Source: Azolla caroliniana
Taxonomy: Eukaryota; Plantae; Polypodiophyta
DNA length: 64,000 bases
Assembly (NCBI GenBank): GCA_043228905.1
Contig: JBHGNT010000013.1
Span: forward strand, 15,004,001-15,068,000
Direction: 5' to 3'
Below, piece by piece: positions 36,676 to 50,399 of this stretch. Numbering within the stretch: position 1 is the first letter of the stretch; each line of letters starts with the position of its first letter. The translations under genes and the position numbers were made by a program. The notes below the pieces were generated by a model. The model was given only the letters and a program-made list of their open reading frames with translations. It was not told the origin of the DNA and ran no database searches.

Positions 36676-39600
36676 ATGGATGAGCGGAAACCATTCAATC
36701 AACACCATAGCCATCGCCATAGCCATAGCCATCTTCAGCAGGTCGGGAACCAGTTACAGTTCGCGCAATCACTGCTTCCCGGTTCAGATCAGGAGCATCA
36801 AATGAAAGGTTTCGATCCATACCCTGCTCAACTTAGCGGTCATGATGATCCACCTGCTGCTAATTCCATGGCGAATAGCTTCTGTAATACTCGGTTTCAG
36901 CAGGAATCGCGACGCAGTGACCCCAGCTCCACGGGGCGGACCAATCCTTTCTTTCATATCAGTGGATTAACAGCAGACATTCATGGTAATTCTCAGGGAA
37001 TGAGCCCCATGATCTGCTCTGGGGATCTCTCCCGATCAGCTCAACCTGGTATTGCACAGTACAGCAATTATCCTATCGTTATGGCCTCCGATCCATCGCT
37101 GCACCCTCTGCAGGCGAGATCAAAGCCTGTGGTTACAGTCGCCACTAATCCAGCAGTCAGCAGCGCTTTCTTTGCCATGGCGAATGATCATCATCGTCTC
37201 TCTCGCACTGCAAATCATCATCACCATCATCATCATCAGGCATCAGATCAAACGAGCGGTGAGCCATCCAACAAGAATTCCATGTCGAGCAGGTACACAG
37301 CGTTTCATCATAATCCAAGGGACGGGGCAGATCACATGGATATTCCGCTCCCTAATTCGCACTGCAGCATCCTGAACGATCACGCCTCCTCCTCCTCCTC
37401 TGATCCTGTCGCAGCAACTGCACTAGCAGAGCGGAAAAATCTGCATAATGTAATGAGCCTCAATGGAGGAACTAGTAATACCAGATATGGATATGGCAAC
37501 ATGATCGGTGCAGGAAACAACTCCAGCGATTCGCTAGCGATCCAAAGGCATAACGCGAATGGAATGAGCAGCTTATATCATGATGATCAGGCCGATAAGC
37601 GAGATGGACGCCATTCCGGCTCATCAGATTATGTGATGGTTATTCCTTCGCCTCTGGATGGAAGCGCAGTCGAAGAAAGAGCAGGGATTAATGTGTCCAG
37701 CAGTAGCAATTATTACACCATGATCGTTAACAGTCAGGGTAATTATCGCGCTAACCCTAGCCATGGCGAGCTTATGGATCATCATCATATGATGAAAGGA
37801 GGGAATGAGTATATGAACTACTTGGGAGGTTTCCATGGAGCAGCCACAGCTTCATCTCAAAGACCTCCTGTTAGCTGTGGTGGCGATGGCGGCCACTATA
37901 CAAGAGATCTTTCCCTCTCTCTGTCTGCACAGAAAACTTCTCATCGATTGCAGGCCAATGAAGCTCATGATCAAGTCTACCCTAACCTCCATGATAATCT
38001 TCGTACCGCTTCTGGCACCAACGCAGACATTACGATTGCTGCTCATCCTCATCCTCATCCTCATCATCAGGCTCAGCTCTCAGGTAGAAATGGAGCTTCT
38101 TGATGAATCGATTAAATCTGTCGTTTAAACCAATCTGTCTGCAAAATCATGAACTTTCTCTCTATGGCTATGGTGTGTTCTCGTACTCCATAAAATTCAC
38201 GTTCTCCAGTTAATGCAGACTCCCGCCATATTTCTACATGCATACTATCAATCATTTTCTATAATTGTGTGCTGTAATTTTTCTGCTATTCTGATACAAA
38301 TAAATCTGTCTTGTTTCGCGATGGATCAACGAATTATGACATGAAGCTGATTTAGATGATCCAATAATTGAAGAATTGAATTTCTGTTCATATATGTGTG
38401 ATCTTATGATCGCAGCAGTGGTGATGATGCAGCCGCAGGAGCAGCGAACAAGGTATATGGAGGAAGAATCATGGGGTATTATACAAAGCTCTGTGTATCT
38501 GAAAGCTACACAGCAGATACTCAGGGAGGTGGCAGTACGTTTATCGCACAAATCCGGCGGCCATCGTTCATATCAGGAGGCAGTAGAGGCGCAGAAGCTG
38601 AGCAATTACAATACAGTAATGGCGGGCGAGAAGATCAGAGACATGGAAATCCAACTGGCTACATGTGATCGTGCAGGGTCTAATCAGAAGGAGGAGGAGG
38701 AGGAGAAGGAGAAGGAGAATGATGATGATGATGGTGATGATAATGATGATAACAAGAAGCAGAAGCATGATTTGATGGCAGGAAACCCTAGATGGCATGG
38801 ATTGACACAGGATACTGCTGCAGTAGCGAAGCTTGAGGAGGTAAGGATCAATGGCGGGTGCAGTCACGAGGCTCATACATACATACGATCAGATCCTCCG
38901 GACAGCAGTTTAAGGGCAGTGATCCAACGGCCCAGTATGCCTACTAATTCTGCGCCTGCTATGGCGGCTGTTCGTCCTGCAAATAACATCGCTGGAATTT
39001 CTTCGTCCGATCGATCCCAGATACGGAGGAAGCTTTCCATCATGCTGGAAGAGGTATGTTCTCTCTCTGTCTCTCTGTCTCTGTCTCTGTCTCTGTCTTG
39101 ATCGTTGAATGCAAATTCTGTATAATAATTATAATAGCAGGCTGTGTGAATCATTTGTTGCTCATTCCATTCATTCTGTGGAGATTGTGGAGTCTGTTTG
39201 GATTTCTAGCTGCTGTTGGACTGTTAAAAACGACATACTACTGCTACATGCTTACGCTGATGGACATTAGGTTTAGGGTTTAGGGTTTAGGGTTTTAGGA
39301 TTTAGGGTTGATGATCATGCAACATATGCCCTAAATTACAAAGCTTCAGGTGCAAGTTTTGTTGAAAGACTTCATGAATTTTACAGAATTTTGCAATTCA
39401 CAGTATGCATCTCAATTTAATTTGGTGAGATATTTCCTCATATCCATCAAAGTGCCTGGGCCATTTGATCATGCAAAATCAATCGCTTCGGGATCACCAT
39501 TCTGTACAGCCAATCTTTATATGATTTATATGACTATTGTCCCTACCCAATCCTGTTTGTTCTGTTGATCTCTTGTACTAATCATATATATAATCATATA

Positions 39601-42323
39601 TATGCAATCAATCCCTGAGCTCCTACTTCCTGAATCAAATCCATAGATGAATCACGACCCATCAGTTTGTAAGCTACCTGAAGTATATGATTTATATGAC
39701 TAATGTCCCTACAAATCTTGTTTGTTCTGTTGATCTCTTGTACTAGTCATATAATCATACATGTGATCAATCCCTGAGTTCCAACTTCCTAAATAAGCGA
39801 AGAATCGAGCTAATTTTTGTCTCTTAAACACGCGCACTAGTATACGAAACCCGCATTATGATTATTAAAGGATCCAATCAATTCCATAGATGAATCATGA
39901 CCCATCAGTTTGTAAGCTTCCTTGGAGGTACTTCACTAAGTCTCTGGGTTTTTGGAGGCCTCCTCCAAAAACAGGAAGATGCAATTAAATAAGTACATAT
40001 CCATAGTTTAGATGGTTTTTTCAAGACACTTCAGGCAACTTCAATGGTTTTTCTTCATTCAATGGAAAAAAGAAACTTCGATAGAGTAAAATCCGTATTT
40101 TCAGTACAAAGAGAAGGCTCTCTTATCATATCCTGTTTTTATTTATTTATCTCCAAACCCTTGAAAGTTATGCATATGCTTTAAATGATATAACCTTGAA
40201 AGTTTGCAAGAATCTAATCAAGGGCCCCTTTATAATGGTGCCCTATTTTCTCAGTAGAGGGCCTATATATATTGACTGAATATGAACTATATATTCTACA
40301 TCTACTTTCTTAACATAAAATTCCTGACTAGAAATCCATAGAAGTAACTCACTCCCCTAAGTTCGATTTTAGGTTTTCCGTGATCCCCGACCGACCAAAG
40401 AAAAACTACTCCTGGGATTACTCATTGTATATGTTAGAAATAGGTGTTCTTGTCATCGAAAGCAAGCTTCCCGTCTTCAAAGAAATACATATAAATTAGT
40501 TAAATCCTCAATTGTCATGTGCATTTTCGATTTTGTGTGTGCGCGCAGCTCGACAAGAAGTACAGAATGTTCGAGGAAGAGATGCGGGTCGTGATGATGT
40601 TGTTCGAAGGAGCACCGAATAAGTGTGATGATGATAAGGACAATTATAATAACTCCATGGCTATGGTAATGGCAGGGGTGGCACCATATAAGGATATGGC
40701 AGCTAAAGCTGTCGAGACGCGGTTCCGCGTTCTCAGAGAATCCATCACACATCAGGCCTGTGCCCTCATGATCACCACGAACCTTGGCCCGAGTGTTGGA
40801 TCTGGATCGAAGCTCACCCATGGAGGAGAAGCCGGACACCATAGTTCTACCAGTAGTAATTTATTCAATGCAAGCCATTGGAATGATGGTAGTAGTATGG
40901 ATCCCGGAAATAGCCGGAGCAGGCGAATGCGTTTGCTCGACCATCAGTTCCGGCAGCAGAGAGCTCAAGCTCAAGCTCAAGCTCAGCAGCAGCATCAGTC
41001 TGGATCACTCTTCCATTCTCAACCATGGAGGCCCCAGAGAGGTCTCCCGGAACGATCTGTCTCGCTTCTTCGAGCTTGGCTCTTCGACCACTTCTTGCAC
41101 CCGTAAGTTCTCGCGCTTCTCGTCCGGTATCGTATAACATTTCTATGGCATTAAGTCTCGGGTTAGGTGTACCACAATACCACTTAAGTTCCTTCGTGCG
41201 TGTCCGAAACATTTTACGAGCTTTTCTTGTGTCGGTTATTGTAGGTATCCGAAGGACACAGAGAAGCTACTCCTTGCGAGGCAAACCGGGCTCACCCGAA
41301 ACCAAGTGTGAAACCAACTCAAACTCTTCATTTCTTTGTCAATGTTGCATCACTTCAATTATATATATATATATATATAGCACATCATGTATGTCAAGGT
41401 GCAATGGAATGTCGTGCTTTAATCAGGATCTTGTTGTAGTCTTTGCATATATGAGATAGTTGCTTGACTCTTTTTGTATCAACCATAGATTCAATCAATT
41501 AAAAAAAGTCCTTGTTGAGGGTTAGCAAGTCTTTGATATTGATTTCTTTCTACTTCAATGTTTATTCACACTCATTCGTCCATGTTTTTTCTTTTACCAG
41601 GTGTCCAATTGGTTCATAAATGCTCGAGTGAGATTGTGGAAGCCATTGGTTGAGGAAATGTACCAAGAAGAGAAGAAGTTGCCACAAGTGTGGCAAGGCG
41701 ATGATGCATCATGTACACTAGGAAATTCCGCAGGGACCAGCTCCAATGCGCATCTCCACCGAGAAACAATATCGGGTGGTCATTACGATTTTACTCGAAA
41801 CGAATCGGAGAAGCATGTGGGAGTAGTACCCTCCTCCAAGTTTGGTAGCCAACTCATGGAAATGCAAGAGCTTGTGTCAATGCAAGGGGGTGCAATCAAT
41901 ATGGAAGCCTCGAAGTTTCTAAAGAACTCATTGGTGCCGAGCCGTCATGAGTATGTGGATGGGTATAGAGATGATGCAAATGATCATTCTCATCATCATC
42001 AACAATTCGTGAGCACTAACCGGCCATCGGAGACAACCGTAACTATAGCCGGGCGCGTGTTAGAAGGCGATCAACAATGTGGATCGACTCACACATGGCC
42101 ATTTATACAACACCAAAGCATTCTTCCATTGGATGGGCATCAAGGACAACATTATGGCACTGACAATGCTGCCTTGATGAGGTTTGGGAGTAGTGCCGGA
42201 GGTGTGACACTCACACTAGGGCTCCAACAACACTCTAGCACTAGCCTTAGTGCTGCAATGGGATGTGATGTGGATGACATTGATCCTCATGTGAATGAAA
42301 TCCCCATGCCATTTCGCATGTAG
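36676..42323 (+). CDS. BEL1-like (TALE class) homeodomain transcription factor
   Basis: Exons 36676-38083, 38416-39053, 40549-41102, 41245-41305 and 41601-42323, GT-AG with consistent phase. SKY-like box [15 protein letters not shown]; BELL domain KLSIMLEE|LDKKY..; homeodomain [26 protein letters not shown]|[20 protein letters not shown]|[15 protein letters not shown]; ZIBEL-like DLSLSL and VTLTLGL. Confidence 0.95.
39267..39309 (+). repeat. Short interstitial telomere-like (TTTAGGG)n tract in BELL intron 2
   Basis: ttaggtttagggtttagggtttagggttttaggatttagggtt. Confidence 0.8.
39520..39921 (+). repeat. Diverged local duplication (about 165-bp unit; second copy has an insert) in BELL intron 2
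   Basis: ATGATTTATATGACTA..TGTTGATCTCTTGTACTA..CCATAGATGAATCA.GACCCATCAGTTTGTAAGCT occurs twice. Confidence 0.8.
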
Positions 42324-43565
42324 AATTAGCGAATGCCTCAAGTAGCTATGTCGAATCATCTCTAGTCCAACATATTATCCTATATGTTCTTAATGGGCAT
42401 CATGTGACAACCATGGCCATTGTCGGGCATGTGGTTCATTATCTTTTCTTTAAATATCCCCCGCGTTGAACACTTGCCTAGATTATTCAAATTGGGCACA
42501 TTTTGTGTAAGGTGTGGATTCCACCACACCCACATGGTATAATGTGTGCATACGGAGATGTACCATATGTACCTAAACTACTTCGATTGAATAGCATGAC
42601 AAATTATTTCTTTCGTATTGAGGTTTGTCCCAACATGTTTAAATGCTAAGGAGTTTGTTGGTCTATCAAATTATGAGCCGATTTAAGGTAGGAAGTTGAT
42701 CATTGTCAATGCCTATATTTGTAAACTTGATGATTTTGTCATCATCTCAATAGCAATTTATTTGTATCATAAACTTGTCAATGCCTATATTTGTAAACTC
42801 AATAGCATTTCAAAGGACCACACATGACCAAAGTCTAGTGATCCCAACGGTATTTCAAATGACTCAAGATCGAGCTTGGTGAACATATTATAAGTCACGT
42901 ATGAATTTTGGTTGTTTGAATTTTGACATGGAGTAAGTAACTTTATGAAGAATGAAAAAACCCCAAGTGAGTTGGAACAATAAAAGAAAAGAAAGGGAGT
43001 CAAAAACCCAAACCAAACCAATCCTCGTTAGGAGATACCCTTCACCTATCACTTGGTTATTCATAGTTTTATAATCCCTTTTATGGAACTTGATTGTGGG
43101 ATGCCTTTCTTATTACTCTCAAACACATAGAATCGCACAATGGAGCTACCATTATGGTCCTCATTCTCTTTCCTTTCGCTTCTACTATGACCTACTTCCC
43201 TCCATATAGCCTGTCTACTTTAATGAATTAAGATAACCATGTTACTCAACAAGTACCCTATTTAATTGAAAGAGAGATTTAAGTGTTTATCTAATATAAC
43301 TTAATCTTATGAAATCTTCCCATATTTCAGGGTGACTAGGAATGGAGGGACAATGTGGTTCAACTCTGATGCTTGATGTTGATCTCTGCCATTTGGGAAT
43401 GACAAATTCAAGATTAAGTAAACATGTTGTGAATAATATAAACCGACACCTCCCCCCCCCCCCCCCCCTCCCCCACCCAAAGACATAGTAGTGACCCATG
43501 GAAGTGTGAAACAATGCTCCAAGGTAAGAGCCATGTTGCCTCCTTTGGGGAACAACAGGCAATGT

Positions 43566-43750
43566 TTGTCATGCATGATCATCCTTCATTTTACTCAATC
43601 TCACATTTGCTTGTTTAACCAAGGACTCTCCATAATTCAATCATTGCTCCTTGAGCTTGTCATGCATGATCATCCTTCATTTTACTCAATCTCACACTTG
43701 CTTGTTTAATCAAGGACACTCCATAATTCAACCATTGCTCCTTGAGCTTG
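43566..43750 (+). repeat. Tandem duplication of about 92 bp
   Basis: TTGTCATGCATGATCATCC...CATTGCTCCTTGAGC x2 with few mismatches. Confidence 0.9.
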
Positions 43751-45263
43751 TTTCTTCACATCTATGTATTCCCACATGCACCAAATTCAATTTTGGAAAT
43801 ATAGCAGAATTAACAAACAAATTATTATGTGGAAAAGTATAACAAAAAGCAGCAAAAAAATTGTTATGCATCACATAAATGTGGCTAAAGGAGTTCCATC
43901 AAGCAACATGTAATAAATACATAAACACGAGGAATCACACATCTTACACAATCATACTAATAGAAATGTGTTTTTAAGATGACTAATAAGTACACCATGA
44001 ATTGCTATTCTGTAGATGTTGTGTGATCCATTTGGCAAGATAGACATTGTTATAACTAGTTTATTAGTGTTACAATCCAATCTGAATCATGTTTAAAATA
44101 GCAAGTTAGAATAATATAGCTAGGAAATTGGCAACAATTTGATTCAGTTCATTTAGAGCATTTCCACACCAAACTATTAAAAAGTTTGAAACTTAACCAA
44201 ATGGAATGGAATGGAGTGGCAAAAATCTTTAAACAAAAAAATGGTCAAACAAATTGTTTGATGATTGATTTCCAAGTTAAAACCCAAGTTGGTTCAAGAT
44301 ATTTGGAAACTATTAAGCCGTTGAGTTTGCTGTTCAATTTTGATGCAAACCAAAGTATTGACAACTAATACACTCAATTTTCATAGATTTTTTATTGGAC
44401 AAACACTTAAAATTATGGTATTAACAAACCATTTAAATCCTTTGAAGTTTTGATTTAGAAACCAAGTAGATATTTTATATCAACAAAACAATTAAATTCT
44501 GAAATGATTTATAACTTTATTTATAGTTGATTCATATTCAATCAATATCTCAAAACTGTCCTATCCCTAAATGTTAAGTTGTTCAAGCCATGATTTGAAA
44601 CCCATTAAACTGCAAACTGTTAAGTCCGATAAAGACTGAAACCAAACCTTGAATTCCCCCAACTCAAACCAAACAGTTTACAAATAAGGCCAAACCAAAC
44701 CAATAAAGCCGGACACAATTTTTGTTTTCCAATTCAGCTCAAACCAAACTATTGTTGATTGCTAGTTATGTAAGAGTATAAGTGCTCTAAGGGACTGATA
44801 TGGGACTAAATCGTTTGGATGCATTCATGCAACCTCCACTTCTTGTACTTTTTATCTTTTTGGAACCATTCCTTGTACCTCACCTTCTTAACAAAGTATA
44901 ATGAAAGTGATAGCTCTTTGTGCAATATCAACATTACCTGGTTTAATCTCTATATTTGTTTTAACTCTCAATTGTTGTTAAGTACCAAGTCATATATTGA
45001 GTCCACTTTCACTTTTTCTTCCAAAGGCCTTTGGAAACCTTGCAGTTGCAGTTTTTTACATCCTTTACAAGAAGACCATTGCTTTAGGAATCATATCGTC
45101 AAGTTTGGTAATAAAATGCAACTTAACTATTCATATCAGGTGTACAACAAGATGACTTCCTATTCAATAAGTTACTTGCAAACAGGCACTACAATATCTG
45201 GAACAAAGCTGAAAAGAAATAAATTATAGATTTGATTTGATGTGATGCCATTAGCTGCACCCA

Positions 45264-48200
45264 TCAAGGCGCATTTGGAGGTAATGGAAGAAGTCCTTCT
45301 CTTTTCACCATCTCATATATGGTAATGGCAGAGAGTGTCTTCACATCAGCTGTCATTTTCCATAATGTGTTGTAAGGAACCACATGAACTTTGATAAACT
45401 CGCCATGGTCTTGAAGCCCTGTATTCTGCCCTTGTAGAGAATCAATGATCTAGAACCATGATAAAAGAGATTTTTGAGTCTTTCCATGATATGTGCATTA
45501 CAAACATCTCATCGACTATACTTAAGTATGTACAACACAAACATTCCATTTTACATTATGAGCATATACATGTCTAAATCTTCATTCACTATACTTATGT
45601 ATGTACAACATAACCATTTTACATTCTTCACATTATGTACATATACACATGCCTAATCTTCTCAGGATATTTACATCTTACCTCTCTTTTAACATGGCTC
45701 CTGTAAAGCATTAAAGTAATCCCCTCATCACATCCACCCTGTTCACACATCAACCAACATCGGATTATATCCTTTGAAGAGTGCTTTCCTTTTCTATGAT
45801 CAGATTCTAAGCCTTAATATTGTTCTATTTGGTCAAAAGCATTTTTAGTTGTAAGCCTTAATGTTGTTCTAATTAGTCAAAAGCATTTTGTTCATTAGAT
45901 TTACCGGAGAAGGGAAGATCTTCCTCCCTGTACACTCATCGAGAAAGTTTGTGAGATTTATGAGATCAGATGTTTTAATATGTATCCCTGTCTCCTCCTC
46001 GACCTGTTCATAACATGATGATATGAGAGCTAAATCAAGGAAAAGAAAAGATTTGACAATAGAAAAATCAAGTACAGAACACCTGTTTAGTTTTGTCGAA
46101 GATCCTATGCAACTAGTGTATTCAATGGCAATAGAATACCACACTTATTTTTTAATTACAAAGTGGATGTGGAAAATGATCGCATGAGTTTATGTTCCTT
46201 GGGTATAACAACAGACATTTGTGGACTATATTTCCAATCTTGAGAATGCATATCTGAACACAGTTTGTATCTGTATCCAAATTCATCATGATAGTATATT
46301 TAGACACTCCTTTATATTCAAAGAAACCTAGTTTCAGTTTAATATGAGATGCACATGTAGCATTGGGTAAGTCAGACAGTAGCTTAAAATTTTCAGGAGC
46401 TTTGAACCATCATTAATAAAAGTCAAGGCAGAAGATTATTCTACGGCAACCCATCTTGGTAGCTTACAAAAATCAGGAGCTTTAAATCATCTACCATTAA
46501 CTCCAAAGTGTTACATATCAGAGCAATTCATCTATATTCAAGTCCTAAAATCAGAAGGACGTTTATTACAGTCCTAAAATCAAGTTGTGGACACTAAAAA
46601 TACATTTCAGGGCAGATATGATGAAAATGGTAATTACCTTTTATCCTATGTTCCAGTCACTCTGACCATCATTGAGGAACCAAAACTTAGTTATCACTCT
46701 CATAACATTTTCAATTCTCATTGCATAATTTCACCAAACTGAGTAGCTCAGCTCATAATTTCACCAAACGGAATAATAGATGCAGAAATTCTGGTCTAAG
46801 AAGAGATTTAAAATATGTATTACCTCACGGGCTGCAGTTCCAACAAAATCCCCAGCATCATCATCCAACATGCCTGCAGGCAGCTCAAGGAGCACCCGTC
46901 CAACGGGAACTCTGGCCTGTACATAACCATACCAAAAATCTTTTGAAATATAAAAAGTCAAAATATTGATGTGCAAATGTTTAGAAATAATAATAGGAAA
47001 AAAACAGATGTGCAATGGTATACTTTAGACTAACCTGTTCTGTTAGAACTACGAACGTTTCTTTGTCAGATTCTAGCAACATAAGAATGGCCACTGCTCC
47101 ACCACGTGCAAATACAATACCAGGAAGCTGCATTTCAATTTGAAAGTTTTATGCACTCACACTATTTGAAATATGTAGCAATTATTTAATTGATCTGGGA
47201 TGAAAATTTTAAAGACAAAACTACTTCGAAATGACCTATAACAGAAAGTTGAACAAATGGTACAGTTGGGATACAGAAATTGATCCAAACAACGTAGATT
47301 TTTCTTAATGGTATCCAAACTTCTCTTTAGATATTGGCATCCCACAACTGTTTAAGAATCATGGTTAAGAAAACCTGCTGGAAAAGTCCTCTCCTATACC
47401 ATATTACTTTCAGCTACCAATACTCCATCGTATATCTTCTACCACAAGAACAGAAAACATCATTTTCAATATGACCTTATATCGCAAATTAAACTCTTAA
47501 TTTGGGTCCTACTAAGAATAAATCCTTCGTGTTGGGTTTAGGGGGTCATGTATTTCCTATGCGTAAAGGGAGCATTGCGATTCATGAATCAAGATTTTAG
47601 ATGAAACGGGCAAAACATTATACAGTAATATTACTCAAGTTTGCCAAAAGCATGTCTCCGTGATGCAATGCGAGAATGAAATTAGGGTCTTATTAAGGTA
47701 AAGCATTCCATCACTTTGATAGAATTTCAGTGAATAACATGCAAAAGGGGAAATTTCCCTATCCAATTGAGACTCACAAAAAGCAATGGGCGAAGAGATG
47801 GGATAACATGCTCCATGTTGTGAACATGATACTTTTTATTTGTCTTTGTGTAAAACCTTCCCTTGCAAACTCCCTATGGGAGCAATTGAATAGTTTAACC
47901 TTCCAGCCCAGTATATTAAAACCCACTTTAGCTGTTCTAGGAATGGGTGGAGAAGAAACAGTGAACCTACAAAAGTAGACACAATGAAATCTAACCCATC
48001 CATGCCAGAAGTCCTCACTGCATGACATAGACCTCAATAGAATGAGCTGGATAAAAAAACCTATTGTTTGATGAACTAAAAATTATTCTTATCACAGAGA
48101 TTGCATAGCGAATGTCAAGACTCAAGAGAATATAGATGTCCCAGCAGAACCAGCACATGAACTCACTGATTTCCCAGTTGCATCATCGATCACATCTGCT

Positions 48201-49530
48201 TTGAACTTCACAAAACCAACACGATTTCCGAACATATCAACACTTTGAATGGTAACACTTTTCAGAGAACAAGATGCTCCTCCATCTTTTGCTGGTTTCA
48301 ATATTCCTCTTTCACTCTTCAGATTTGACACCCACTGCTTGAATGGCGTTGAATCAATCGCTCTCCTGCAAGATAAGGAGAATATGTGCTTTTGAGAATT
48401 TTCTCAGTTTTTATGCACATGAGACCTTAGGAAAAATTTGATAGCCTTGATTATAAATAGCAGTGACAAAGAAGGAGATAAAACATAGGATTTCTGTTTC
48501 ATTAATATGTCCCCTGTTAGCCTTAGAAAATGCACTCATATATTAAATCTAGCGTGGAAAAGAATACCCCAAAAGAATGATCATGAAGGTCAGAATTAAT
48601 TATGATCCGCGAATTTCCTCCTTAACATTATTGTATAAAGCATAATACATAAGTATCATAGGCAGGCAAGAAGGATGGCATATGGCATGCTGCAATTCCA
48701 TGCCCAAGGTCAGTATATCTGCTACTCTCCACTCGAGATTCTGATTCTTGTTGACCTCGTCTTATTAGCTCATTTGACTTTGATTTTGATTTTCAGTGTA
48801 AATACAAACAGCAAAAACATGTCCTATCAATCCTCCAGCCTTTCAAATTCTGAAGCTAAAGGTGGTACTTTGAGCTTGAAAATCATAAAAATTCGTGTAC
48901 ATTTAGAGATCAACTTGACATGTTAGGACAGCCTGCCTCTGGTCATCAACAACTATCTACCAAGGATGGTCGAACTTCAATCTTGAGTGGAAGAGTTATA
49001 ATTTCATTCAGTCCTAAGATAACTTTGATCTTAGCCACATAAAATAAGATACAACAGCAAACACAAAGTGTACAACAAGACATAAAAATAAGGTATCTAG
49101 GTGCACAAAGAAGATTGGAAGAAAATGCATTACCTTATGTCAATATCGGCTACTCCAGGTGCACCAACGACATCCACCCAAGATCCTCCGATATCAACCT
49201 TGAGTGGACTATTGCAGTCTGAGTGCTTGCTCTTTTGGTCAATCTGGGCAGAACAAGCCAACATATGAACAGATCTCTGTTGCATAGTAGAGACTTGTTG
49301 TTTGGACCCACTTGGATACTTCCCCAAATTGTCAAGATTCTTCCTGCAAATGAAGCCCTGCAGTATGTAAGTGTAGGTTTAGACTGAAACATACATTGTT
49401 TCTGGTTCAGATATCTTCATTTTCTTTTTGTGGTGCTTGTTCGAATTAGAGTTCATCTTACCTCCGGTCTGGCAACATCTTTTCTTATTGTCAGGGCGAG
49501 TCTCCAAGAAGAAAGCACAACTCTGCCCAT
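45264..49530 (-). CDS. NUDT14: Nudix hydrolase 14-like (ADP-sugar pyrophosphatase), probably organelle-targeted
   Basis: Exons 49530-49462, 49357-49134, 48365-48167, 47127-47035, 46916-46824, 46003-45905, 45738-45682 and 45449-45264. Motifs QSVDMFGNRVGFVKFKAD, LPGIVFARGGAV, Nudix box ELPAGMLDD..GDFVGTAARE|VEEETG, FPSP|GGCDE, GEFIKVHVVPY..LW. Confidence 0.92.
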
Positions 49531-50106
49531 TTCACAGCAGCAGGGGAAGAAGAAGAATAAGAAGAAGAATATTCCAAGCAAAGTGTTAAGGTCTTACCAC
49601 ATTTGGAGGATCTTTCAGCCCATTTCTCCCCCACAAACCAAACCATACATGCATGACATACATACAATTTTACAATACATGCATGCTTATGCTATATGTA
49701 TATAATATATCGTGATGAATGTAGTTGATGAATGTTATGTGATAGTCTATAGATATGCATCTAAATGTATAAATGTTAAATACATATGCGTCTAAATGTA
49801 GTTGATGAATATTATGTGATAGATAGATATCATGGGCAAACTCAAAAATGATATAATCAGTTCTCTAAGGTTGGTCTAAGGTTTGTTTGGCTCTTGTTCA
49901 CATAACTTCTTCTTTTTTCCATAAAAAATATGCTCCATTGGTATTAAAACTAAAAAAGGCCACAGGCACTATACAAATAGTATATAATGTTTTGTTCCAT
50001 CTCCACAAGTATATATCATCAAAGAAAGGACCAAATATAAGCGATGGCATTTGGCAAGATAAGGATAATTATAATCCATGAATACAACTCTCAGCCTTTG
50101 CCAATA

Positions 50107-50291
50107 ACTGTTAGATATAATCATTGATCAACCCCAAGTTGTAAATCTACCCCCATATGTACTCTTAGAGTGCACATTTTGTGATAGCTCCACAAATGAC
50201 TGTTAGATATAATCATTGATCAACCCCAAGTTGTAAATCTACCCCCATATGTACTCTTAGAGTGCACATTTTGTGATAGCTCCGCAAATGA
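50107..50291 (+). repeat. 92-bp near-perfect tandem duplication
   Basis: ACTGTTAGATATAATC...GATAGCTCC(A/G)CAAATG at 50107 and 50199. Confidence 0.92.
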
Positions 50292-50399
50292 GGAGCGATT
50301 AGTGTGCAACTTGACCATATGGGTCGATAAGGTGTTAATCTAGGAAACCGTAGATGCGTAGGACACAATGGATTTAGGAAAGAGCGAAATAGGTAATAG

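Noticed and set aside
39267-39309. Chromosome end or fusion scar
   Set aside because: Only about 5 imperfect units inside an intron; such telobox-like tracts are common in plant genes.
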